The position numbers and the translations under genes were made by a program. A stretch of DNA of 64,000 nucleotides from Wickerhamiella versatilis (Eukaryota): contig JAQOWU010000007.1 in NCBI GenBank assembly GCA_030867685.1, positions 1,736,001 to 1,800,000 on the forward strand. The letters run 5' to 3'. The notes under the pieces are model-generated. The model did not search any database, had not been told where the DNA came from, and saw only the letters and a list, made by a program, of their open reading frames with translations. Every line of letters begins with the position of its first letter. Position 1 is the stretch's first letter. Shown one piece after another: positions 10,509 through 18,614 of the stretch.

Positions 10509-10639
10509 CAGGCCCGTTTATAGGGTAAGGGCAATAATTCGAAGCGAAGCCGGACAAATGTCTTTCGCAACTAGTGGTATTTTAAGTTGATGAAAACCTG
10601 CTAATTTGAAAAAGGTAGAATGGTAATGTGTTATTTTTA

Positions 10640-10913
10640 GGTGAGTGAGTGAGTGGGAAGGTCTGCGTAGATACCCCAGTGAGGTCAGTTCCAGGCCGGG
10701 CAACCATCAACCATCAACCACTAGCCAATGCCTTAGCAACAACAATAACTGAAGATGCAGTCCATATGATCTTGAAAATTAAGGGCCTGTATGCACCGCG
10801 TTTTCTCTCTTGTCCCACAATCTTCTCTCAATGATCACTATTTCCTAATCAAGTAACATGCATATCTCTTAGAGCTACTTCGCTACCGTGTTTAAGGAGC
10901 TAGTCCCACATGC
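10640..10913 (+). ncRNA. Candidate structured non-coding RNA divergent from TERT (possible telomerase RNA; unproven)
   Basis: (CAACCAT)x2.9 at 10701-10720, G-rich 5' end, nested pairings GTGA 10641/TCAC 10835, GTGGGA 10653/TCCCAC 10813, CAGGCC 10692/GGCCTG 10784. No convincing ORF; no pseudoknot identified. Confidence 0.2.
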
Positions 10914-11092
10914 TACTGGTTATATTAACTATTATATCTTTATGAGGAAATAACGTTCTCTTTTCGCGTAGCTCAATTCGCGTACTGAGTCCATAGAAAT
11001 GGTTTGAGCTACCATCTATTGATAGTAACCCTTTCCCGTTCACGAATGCATATAAATTGTCTTGAACCAAGTGGCGGTTTTTGATGTTTTAG

Positions 11093-11419
11093 ATGTTTCG
11101 CTTGCCTATTCGAAGTTTTTCCTCTGCACGTTTTTGCCTCCGCCGTCACCGATGCCACGAATACCTTGACGACCTGGCACTGAAACCACCCCAGAAAAGA
11201 AGTGCACAGGACAATGCACTGCTATTCCTGGCCTTGTATCAACCGATAGAAAGCGAAATTTCTGCAGGCTCTTTGAATGACGACATAAGACGTAAGTGCG
11301 AGTCGATAAAGGAACGATATCTCCACGCAGTGGGCAATCAAGAGAAGGGGGAGAATTGTGCCAAACTACTACTAGAGATCCAAAAAGTAGCAGACGAATG
11401 GCTGAAGAAAACCAGTTAA
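11093..11419 (+). CDS. Small hypothetical protein with mitochondrial presequence-like N-terminus
   Basis: 108-aa ATG ORF; MFRLPIRSFSSARFCLRR is Arg/Ser-rich and lacks acidic residues; no family recognised. Confidence 0.6.
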   Translation: MFRLPIRSFSSARFCLRRHRCHEYLDDLALKPPQKRSAQDNALLFLALYQPIESEISAGSLNDDIRRKCESIKERYLHAVGNQEKGENCAKLLLEIQKVADEWLKKTS

Positions 11420-11546
11420 ATAATTAGATAAATAAATAGTATTTCGGCCTATGCCAATAGAGAATTAAGGAAGCAAATAGTAGCTTGGTCCTATCAAATT
11501 CCCACACTCACCATATTACTGCCCAAGCCGATGATATTAGTAATAC

Positions 11547-12557
11547 ATGTCATTTGTTAGTGCAGCGGGAATCCCTCAGGCACTGCAGACGGGCTACGCG
11601 TCTCGCCTGAGGCTCGAGCAAACGTCACTATTTATGACAGTTCAGCCTATCGGTCGCAACCATACGCGTTCAACATCTGCACCAAACTACGTTGATTACG
11701 ACTACTCATCATCTGAAGAATCGGACCCTACATTTGGCCAAGCTTCAGAGAATGAATTAACCCCACATCCTAGCGAGCACGGTGGTCGTAGAACTGAAAT
11801 AAAACGACTTGCACTTCCCACTAAGCATGCAAACTATACACCATCCCAGCTACAACAGTTGTCGGTTGAGGAGGAGTGTCTGATACCCATTCGCCTAAAC
11901 CTCGATGTGGAACACTTTAAAGTTACTGATTTTTTCCTATGGAATGTGAATGAGCCAAGTCTGACACCAGAACAATTTGCTATCATCACGTGCCAGGATC
12001 TCGATTTGCCGGTGGGTTACACGTCAACTATCTCAAATGCAATCAAAGCACAGATAACTGAGTATGCAACCCTTTCCACTGTAAAATTGGCTCCAGATAT
12101 GAGGGTCGTCATTGACTTAAGCATGAATATCGCTATGGATTTATATGAAGACAAATTTGAGTGGGATCTTGGAACTTCTGAATTAAGCGTGGTCGGCTTT
12201 GCCCAAACCGTAACGGCAGACATGGGCTTATCTATGGAATTCATGCCAGCAATAGCGCATGCTCTCCAAGAAGCCATTCTCAGAGCCAAAAGAGATATTT
12301 TGGAGGGTCGTCCGCCCCATGACAAAAACCAGGCCATTCCTGGCCAAGAATCAGGGCTCCGTTATGACCCTGAAGAGCTTGGGGAATCCTGGGCGCCTAA
12401 GGTATTGACCCTGACACAAGGGGAGATAGAACGTAGGGAGATGGAACGCGAACGCATGATCCGTAGAATGAAACGGGAGTCGGCGAGAATGTCAGAGATT
12501 GAGGTTGGCGGCATGTTCGGCCGCTCAAAACGTCGAAGAGGTACTGACGCATGGTAG
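11547..12557 (+). CDS. SFH1: RSC chromatin-remodelling subunit, SNF5 family
   Basis: LIPIRLNLD..KVTDFFLWNVNE..TPEQFA...DLDLP; second repeat YEDKFEWDL; W.P.V..LT..EIERREMERER..RRMKRE. Confidence 0.92.
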   Translation: MSFVSAAGIPQALQTGYASRLRLEQTSLFMTVQPIGRNHTRSTSAPNYVDYDYSSSEESDPTFGQASENELTPHPSEHGGRRTEIKRLALPTKHANYTPSQLQQLSVEEECLIPIRLNLDVEHFKVTDFFLWNVNEPSLTPEQFAIITCQDLDLPVGYTSTISNAIKAQITEYATLSTVKLAPDMRVVIDLSMNIAMDLYEDKFEWDLGTSELSVVGFAQTVTADMGLSMEFMPAIAHALQEAILRAKRDILEGRPPHDKNQAIPGQESGLRYDPEELGESWAPKVLTLTQGEIERREMERERMIRRMKRESARMSEIEVGGMFGRSKRRRGTDAW

Positions 12558-13231
12558 TTAATTTATTGCAGCCGCTTCGCGGCCTAATGTTGGTGGACCA
12601 GGTACAGGTGCTTGACTCAAAACACTTCTGTCTCCTTCCCCTCCCATCACATCCCTTTTTTTTCTGTCTTGCCTAATTACCTATGTGGTATGTGGTATCC
12701 AATGTCAGATCAAAGCTTAAAACGAGTTACGGACCATAATAGTTTACTTAATGTAACTTCTTGCTTTTTGAATTATGTGCAACAGTCTACTAGCAGAGAG
12801 AAACACGTCCCTCGTAACGCCATTACACGAATTCCGTCCGGTGTCAATTGTTCTTGATGCTATATTTAATTTAAGCTTAGAGATGTTACTAATTATAATT
12901 AGGGACATAGAACAGACATGTCAGTATGGCGAGCAGATATGAATGTGAAATTCAGTTTTCTAGCTGTATTTAATCTATATAAATATGTATCGTTCAAATA
13001 TGGGCGTTAATATCTGTCCCCCATTAAGTTGGAACACGTATTACGTCCAGTGCGTCTTCAGGAGTCAACCACCAAGGTCAGATGTTAGGTTTTGAAGGTC
13101 CCCCTTCACCAGCAGGGAGAGTAAGCTTCATATAAAGAGACCAATCACTTACGTTTTTTTTCAATCCGTCTTTAACTCCTCCATTCCTTCCATCATAACC
13201 ACCTTCATTCCTTCTGAAAAACCTCTAACAA

Positions 13232-13978
13232 ATGAAGCTCGTTAAATTTCTCTTTATAGCTACTATCAAGGGCGCTGTGGTCACAGACTTCGTTAGTGTC
13301 ACGCAGTATGTTTACGATAACATTATTGTTGATTCAAATGGAAACGCTGTAAAAACAAGTTTAGAAACAGCGCTCGCCACGTCCTCTCCAGCATTACAAT
13401 CACCAGAAACCGCGCCATTCGCTACACAAGCAGCTTCTTCAAGCGTATACGAGTCTTCAATAGATACCCAGCGCGAAACTTCCAACGTTGAGACTGGTCA
13501 TATTGCAATAACTACCAGTTCAGAACCGCAGCTCACATATGCACCTACTACTGACAGTCCCACCTCAGTCTATAGTGAACCTTCACCTACAGCGAATATT
13601 GCTAGCTCTTCAACTGAATCTCCATCAACCCCAACTACGTCCGCAGGTAGCTCCTCAGGCTCGGGTCAGACATTTGATGGTGATGCGACTTTCTACGAGG
13701 TTGGAATGGGAGCATGCGGATGGCAAAATGACGACACTGACTTCATTGCAGCATTAAACGTGGACCAGTTTAACGGGTTTGGCGCTATGTCGAATGGAAA
13801 TCCTGTCTGCGGGAAGAAGGCTTCCATTAGCTATAACGGAAAACATACAACAGTCACTATCACAGATAAGTGTCCTGGTTGTAGTCATGGTGACCTTGAC
13901 TTGAGCCCTGCAGCATTCAAGTCCCTTGCCGACGAAAGTGCAGGGAGAATCAAGATATCCTGGCAGTTCAGTTCTTAA
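13232..13978 (+). CDS. Secreted expansin-like / RlpA double-psi beta-barrel cell-wall protein
   Basis: Signal peptide, Ser/Thr-rich stalk, GDATFY..GMGACG, NPVCGK, VTITDKCPGC..DLDLSPAAF. Confidence 0.9.
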   Translation: MKLVKFLFIATIKGAVVTDFVSVTQYVYDNIIVDSNGNAVKTSLETALATSSPALQSPETAPFATQAASSSVYESSIDTQRETSNVETGHIAITTSSEPQLTYAPTTDSPTSVYSEPSPTANIASSSTESPSTPTTSAGSSSGSGQTFDGDATFYEVGMGACGWQNDDTDFIAALNVDQFNGFGAMSNGNPVCGKKASISYNGKHTTVTITDKCPGCSHGDLDLSPAAFKSLADESAGRIKISWQFSS

Positions 13979-13992
13979 GTTATATCTAGCCA

Positions 13993-14913
13993 CTACTCCT
14001 TAGATTTCTTCTCAGCTTCACCTTTTACCTTAGAAAGTAAATACTTAGCTGAGTCCTTGGATTCTTCCTGACTGTCCTTATTACTAGGACTTGCGGGTAC
14101 AGCAGGCTGGTCACCATCAAGCGACCCAAGGTCGTCGTCACTCTCATCACCAATAAAAAAGGTCTCAGATTCTGGCTCTTCATGCTGCAGTGACACGTCT
14201 GCATGTGGGATCTCGTCTCCAAATGCATTTACTGGACGCGACGAGGCTCGTCTCCGCGGCAATGCTGGCGCTTCATCTGCGTTCGCGTTATCGTCTTCCA
14301 TCTGAATGACACCACCACCACTTCCGATTGAAGAGCGTTTGTTAGTCTCTCTAGAATGGGAAGCAGGAATATCATCATCTTGAACCTCATTTCTTATCTT
14401 TTCTCGAAGTGAGCCCCACAATTGCGATACCCCTCCGAAAAAGCTATCATCATTGTCGTCGGTGGTCGGTGGAGGACCATCCGAGTAGCGAGCACTGTAG
14501 CCTGCACCTCTCGAGCGTCTACGGTCGTATTTCTTAGCCAAATTGCGGGCAAGCTGTTCATCTTCCTCGATTTGAGTATTGCGCTTGCTACGAGTGCTTG
14601 GAGGCTGCACGGGGCGAATCGTCTCATCAGTCAAAGCCAGCATTCCATTGAACGCTTGTTCAAGGTTTCCACCTGCGGCTACCAGTACCGCCCGGGGAAC
14701 TGCAGCATTGTCACCTGGAAAGGCTTCTCGCAATTCATTCATTGCTTTAGTGAATGGCGAACTGGGCCGCTTTGGCAGTGACGGTGGTGCATTGGGCTCC
14801 TCCTTGGGCTGGTCCTTGGGCTCACTAGGTTTTGAGCTCGGTGAATCCTTCTGATCCTTTCCTATACCCGCGTCTGCCTCTGCCTCTGCCTTGATATCGG
14901 CTGCCGTCGTCAT
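13993..14913 (-). CDS. CUE5: CUE-domain ubiquitin-binding protein, Cue5-like
   Basis: LREAFP...VPRAVLVAAGGNLEQAFNGMLAL (CUE), QIEEDEQLARNL, DDSFF. Start at MTTAAD (14913) preferred; upstream ATG 15000 possible. Confidence 0.75.
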   Translation of the reverse strand: MTTAADIKAEAEADAGIGKDQKDSPSSKPSEPKDQPKEEPNAPPSLPKRPSSPFTKAMNELREAFPGDNAAVPRAVLVAAGGNLEQAFNGMLALTDETIRPVQPPSTRSKRNTQIEEDEQLARNLAKKYDRRRSRGAGYSARYSDGPPPTTDDNDDSFFGGVSQLWGSLREKIRNEVQDDDIPASHSRETNKRSSIGSGGGVIQMEDDNANADEAPALPRRRASSRPVNAFGDEIPHADVSLQHEEPESETFFIGDESDDDLGSLDGDQPAVPASPSNKDSQEESKDSAKYLLSKVKGEAEKKSKE

Positions 14914-15176
14914 ACGCACAGTGGGTAAGGGCAGTGCTTGCGTTAGGCTCTCTAAGCTCGGCAGTCCTGCTAGGGCTGAAATATCGCATTTATTCCACAT
15001 ATTTAAGTTCTCTGCAGTGATTTACTATTTTGTGAAATATCTATCATTGTTTAAAATAGTGAGAAGTGGGATGTCAATGACATCCCACCTTACTATATGC
15101 ATAATGTTTGGAATGGTTATATCTTAGATATAATATTTCGTATCTGTAGGCTATGCAAGCCTCCTATTCCTAAGAT

Positions 15177-16004
15177 TTAAAAACGATCCTTCATCTGGCG
15201 GAGTTTTTTCATCGCAGATACAGCGCTCGCGACACCTAGCTTCTGTTGTAAATCAGGAACGTCTGTCCGCATAAATGGATTGAACGCCAGCTCATCTTTC
15301 ACTGTGAAAGCACCTGCAGTAACTTCATGTTTTGCTGCATAGTCTTTGAGCTTCTTCAATGCCTGATTTTCGGGCTCCACAGTCTCCGCAAAACGTACAT
15401 TTCCCCGTGTGTATTCGTGTCCTGGCCACACGGTAGTCTCTTCAGGGAGCTTAGCAATTTTAGACAGAGAGCTCAACATATCGGCTGCATCACCCTCAAA
15501 GAATCGACCACAGCCTGCTGTGAACAAAGTATCTCCTGTGAATACTGCCTTGTCACCCTTTGCCTTATCCACAAAAAACCAGCATATGCTATCCCTGGTG
15601 TGGCACGGAGTATGGATCGCAGTCACCTCCAGGTTTTGACCAATTGAGAACTTATTTCCTTCAGCGGGCGTGTCCGTCACAAGAGGACTATCCTTACCAG
15701 CATATAGTGGCAAATCAGAATAACGCTTCCGAAACACAGGATTGCCATCAGAATGGTCATAGTGATGATGCGTATTTATTATGGATGTGAGCTTGAGCTT
15801 TCCCTCACCCTCGAGCTTCATCACAGTGGGTAAAACCTCCTCGGGCGCAGCAGGATCAATTATTGTTCCCTCATTAGTGGAACTGTCAGTCACAATGTAG
15901 CAATAATTATCACCCCAGCCCCAGCGCATAGGCAGAGCTTGAACATGCATACTCCTTCGCAGTCCGAACGATAGCGTTCTTTGCCAATATTTAGTCATCC
16001 ACAT
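15177..16004 (-). CDS. GLO2: Hydroxyacylglutathione hydrolase (glyoxalase II)
   Basis: THHHYDHSDGN metallo-beta-lactamase motif, HTPCHT, FTGDTLF..GCGRFFEG, PGHEYT, NPFMR. Confidence 0.95.
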   Translation of the reverse strand: MWMTKYWQRTLSFGLRRSMHVQALPMRWGWGDNYCYIVTDSSTNEGTIIDPAAPEEVLPTVMKLEGEGKLKLTSIINTHHHYDHSDGNPVFRKRYSDLPLYAGKDSPLVTDTPAEGNKFSIGQNLEVTAIHTPCHTRDSICWFFVDKAKGDKAVFTGDTLFTAGCGRFFEGDAADMLSSLSKIAKLPEETTVWPGHEYTRGNVRFAETVEPENQALKKLKDYAAKHEVTAGAFTVKDELAFNPFMRTDVPDLQQKLGVASAVSAMKKLRQMKDRF

Positions 16005-16121
16005 GGCAGTAGATTGCGGTCTCTAACGAGGAATTCATAACACTTTAAAACAAATATAAAGACTGATTTAAAAATAAATGTGTGTGGAATGAATTAAGGA
16101 GATGATTCTACACAATACACC

Positions 16122-16805
16122 CTATGCCATATTTCCATTATCTACAAGCAACGTTTGTCCTGTGATATGCCGAGACTGCAAAAGAAAGAGCACAGCATCT
16201 GCTATCGCATCTGGAGATATGAGTCCCTCGACAATGTTGTTATCCATAAGTTTTGGCGAAGCTAAACGCCCCATATCTGTGTCCACCAATCCAGGTGCAA
16301 TGCAATTAACGTTGATGTGACGACTGCCAACTTCTCGAGCCAGCGCTCTAGAAAAGCCCTCTATGCCTGCCTTGGTTGCTCCATATGTAGTCGTTCCCGG
16401 AAATCCTCGGTGAGCTAAGACACTAGAAAGAAATACTATCGAGCCCGCATTTCTTCGAGTGACCCATTGTCGTACCAATGCGCGAGCGAGAATCATGGGT
16501 GCCAATAAATTGATGCGAATGATCTCTTCAATTTTCGCGGGACGTGTAGCCACTAGGGGTGCTGCACTTGTTATGCCAGCACTATTCACAAAAGCATCAA
16601 TATCTGCAGGTGGCTTTTCGACGACACTATCAGATTTAAAGTCCACTGTCCACGTAGAATGACCACTGCCTGGCAATTCGTTCATACGGCTCTCAAGCAA
16701 CTCTTTATTCCTGGCTGCCAATACAACACTGTGTCCAGCATTAGCTAGTTTATGGGCGACTGATAATCCAATACCACGGGTAGCTCCAGTCACAAGGCAA
16801 CGCAT
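16122..16805 (-). CDS. OAR1: 3-oxoacyl-ACP reductase-like SDR (mitochondrial FAS II)
   Basis: TGATRGIG, VNSAG, YGATKAGIEGFSRALARE, NCIAPGLVDTDM, ITGQTL.VDNG. First ATG at 16805. Confidence 0.7.
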   Translation of the reverse strand: MRCLVTGATRGIGLSVAHKLANAGHSVVLAARNKELLESRMNELPGSGHSTWTVDFKSDSVVEKPPADIDAFVNSAGITSAAPLVATRPAKIEEIIRINLLAPMILARALVRQWVTRRNAGSIVFLSSVLAHRGFPGTTTYGATKAGIEGFSRALAREVGSRHINVNCIAPGLVDTDMGRLASPKLMDNNIVEGLISPDAIADAVLFLLQSRHITGQTLLVDNGNMA

Positions 16806-17075
16806 TCTCGGAGCTGCCACTAGTGACAGTGAAGTATTAGACAGACAAGGGCAGGGTAATAACGACTGACTGAGCTGAGCTACACAATCAAGTTCAGTAG
16901 ACTTATTCCAACAAACTACAATCCGCCCAGAGCCTGTTCTTTATTTTAATCTAAACAAGTTAATGGGCAAACTATTTTTTGATTGGCGGAGCTCTCCACT
17001 ATATATTATATATATGTAAGAGCCCCCTGCAGAAAGAGGGGGGGCATCGTTTATAGAGGAAGACCGTGAATGAGC

Positions 17076-17402
17076 TTAGTCGAAAAGACCCATGCCCATG
17101 TCCTCGTCGGACTCGGACTCTTCCTTGGGTGCCTCCTCGGCAGGCGCAGCGGCCTCCTCGCCGCCAGCTGCCGCAGCAGCACCGCCAGTAGCAGCACCAC
17201 CAGCAGGAACAGATGCAAGCTTGGTGGAGCCCTCTTCGATGAGCTCGGCAACAGGCTTGCCGCTGACACTGGAGATCACAGCGTTGATGCGCTCGTCATC
17301 AGCCTCGATACCAACAGAGGAGAGGACTGACTTGATGTCTTCAGCAGAGGGGGAGGCATTGCCACCGGCGTTCAAAAGCAAATAAGCTGCGAGGTACTTC
17401 AT
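17076..17402 (-). CDS. RPP2: 60S acidic ribosomal protein P2
   Basis: [10 protein letters not shown]...Ala-rich hinge...[15 protein letters not shown]. Confidence 0.98.
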   Translation of the reverse strand: MKYLAAYLLLNAGGNASPSAEDIKSVLSSVGIEADDERINAVISSVSGKPVAELIEEGSTKLASVPAGGAATGGAAAAAGGEEAAAPAEEAPKEESESDEDMGMGLFD

Positions 17403-17487
17403 GTGAGATACTCAGATTAAGCTTGAAGGAAGCAGAGATATCCCTTGGATGAGTGAGTAGACTCACCCGTGGAAGAGTCTGTGTATG

Positions 17488-17560
17488 GGTTTAGGTTTGA
17501 GCCCTAATTACTCATGATTTTTGGTCATATACTTGGTGGGACTATATTACCCCTAACCCA
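17488..17560. promoter_or_regulatory. Telobox-like (CCCTAA) sites upstream of RPP2; putative Tbf1/Tay1 sites
   Basis: CCCTAA at 17502 and 17551 (CCCTAACCC), plus GGGTTTAGGTTT at 17487-17498. Confidence 0.4.
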
Positions 17561-17772
17561 TTTATGTGGTGCTCGGCACATCCACTAGTCACAATAGGCG
17601 CTATAAAATTGAGAATAATTAATTGTCATGATAAATTATACGCATGCTGTTGTTCTCATCATGATTTATCCTTCCTGAAGACTCTGCAAACAAACCGCAC
17701 TTCCTAAGTCTCATTGTCGCATGGGCTCGAAACCCCAATCACGTCGCAGGTATACACTCAATCCCTTTTCTC

Positions 17773-18588
17773 ATGCTATTTCCGAGACCTTCAACGAAAA
17801 GCCTTCTCTGTGAACGAACGTGGATATATCCAATTCGAGGCGTGTTTTTCTTTCTGCGCAATCCCATCTTGTGGGGTAACCTGGTTCTCTTATTCATTCC
17901 AAATGTTGTTTTGATTGTGGTCACCATCTTCCTTTCTTATGTGTTTCTTTATCCGCCTCAGGCTGTTCTAGCCTTTGTCCTTAATGGTCCAACAGGTGTA
18001 GTTGGCGCATTTATTGCAATGCTTCAACAGGCAGTTGCGATATCCCGAGGTCTCAGCGAGCTTTTTCTTCTCCCTAAGCCGTTGAAAACAATATTTGATG
18101 GCGTACTCGTACAGAAAGGGTCTGACAAGATTGTTTTGGCAGGGCGTCAGCCTAGGACAAATGTGGATGAGCCAGATTTTCAAAGAGTTATCAATTATGC
18201 TAAAGCAGCACCTCGCAAAATCCTAATGCCCGTATGGCTATTCAAACTCCTCATTCGGGTAGCTTTGAACTTTGTTCCGATATTAGGCCCTGTGGCATTG
18301 ATATTCATGGACGCTCCAGGAACCGCGGAGAGATGTCTGGGACGTTACTTTGAACTAAGGGACTGGGATGAGCAACGTATCCGCCATTATATGAGAACTA
18401 ACTGGGATCAATGCTTGGCGTTCGGATTTGTAGCTGCGGGACTTGAAAGTCTGCCGTTCACTGGGTTTGCCTTTACTTTCACTAATACTGCCGGAGGAGC
18501 CTTGTGGGCTGCCGATATAGATGCGGGCGAGAAAATTAAGCCAGGTCCTGGCTGGGCAAAACGAGCTGTAGACTGGTTATTTTTTTGA
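17773..18588 (+). CDS. EI24/CysZ-like membrane protein (Rrt8/Lds family)
   Basis: YPIRGVFFF..P.LW, YPPQAVLA, IFDGVL, LNFVPILGP, RYFELR.W, FTFTNTAGGALWAAD. Confidence 0.8.
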   Translation: MLFPRPSTKSLLCERTWIYPIRGVFFFLRNPILWGNLVLLFIPNVVLIVVTIFLSYVFLYPPQAVLAFVLNGPTGVVGAFIAMLQQAVAISRGLSELFLLPKPLKTIFDGVLVQKGSDKIVLAGRQPRTNVDEPDFQRVINYAKAAPRKILMPVWLFKLLIRVALNFVPILGPVALIFMDAPGTAERCLGRYFELRDWDEQRIRHYMRTNWDQCLAFGFVAAGLESLPFTGFAFTFTNTAGGALWAADIDAGEKIKPGPGWAKRAVDWLFF

Positions 18589-18614
18589 TTTAACTAAGGT
18601 GGTATAGTTTATTC

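Noticed and set aside
10518-10703. 61-aa ORF in frame with TERT, separated by one TAA (possible readthrough or missing N-terminus)
   Set aside because: It has no ATG, and the ORF from 10508 already contains a typical TERT N-terminus and the full TEN/GQ motif.
10585-10850. U3, snR30 or RNase P identity for the TERT-upstream element (TTGATGA, TACCCCAGTGAG, ATGATCTTGA, GGGAAGGTCTG, TATTTCCTA)
   Set aside because: Only partial boxes: no U3 box A/A' or terminal D box, no P4 partner strand for RNase P, and no correctly placed m2 motif for snR30.
17022-17045. GC-rich hairpin in the RPP2 3' region
   Set aside because: Short homopolymer-based stem, plausible by chance; bacterial-type terminators do not apply here.
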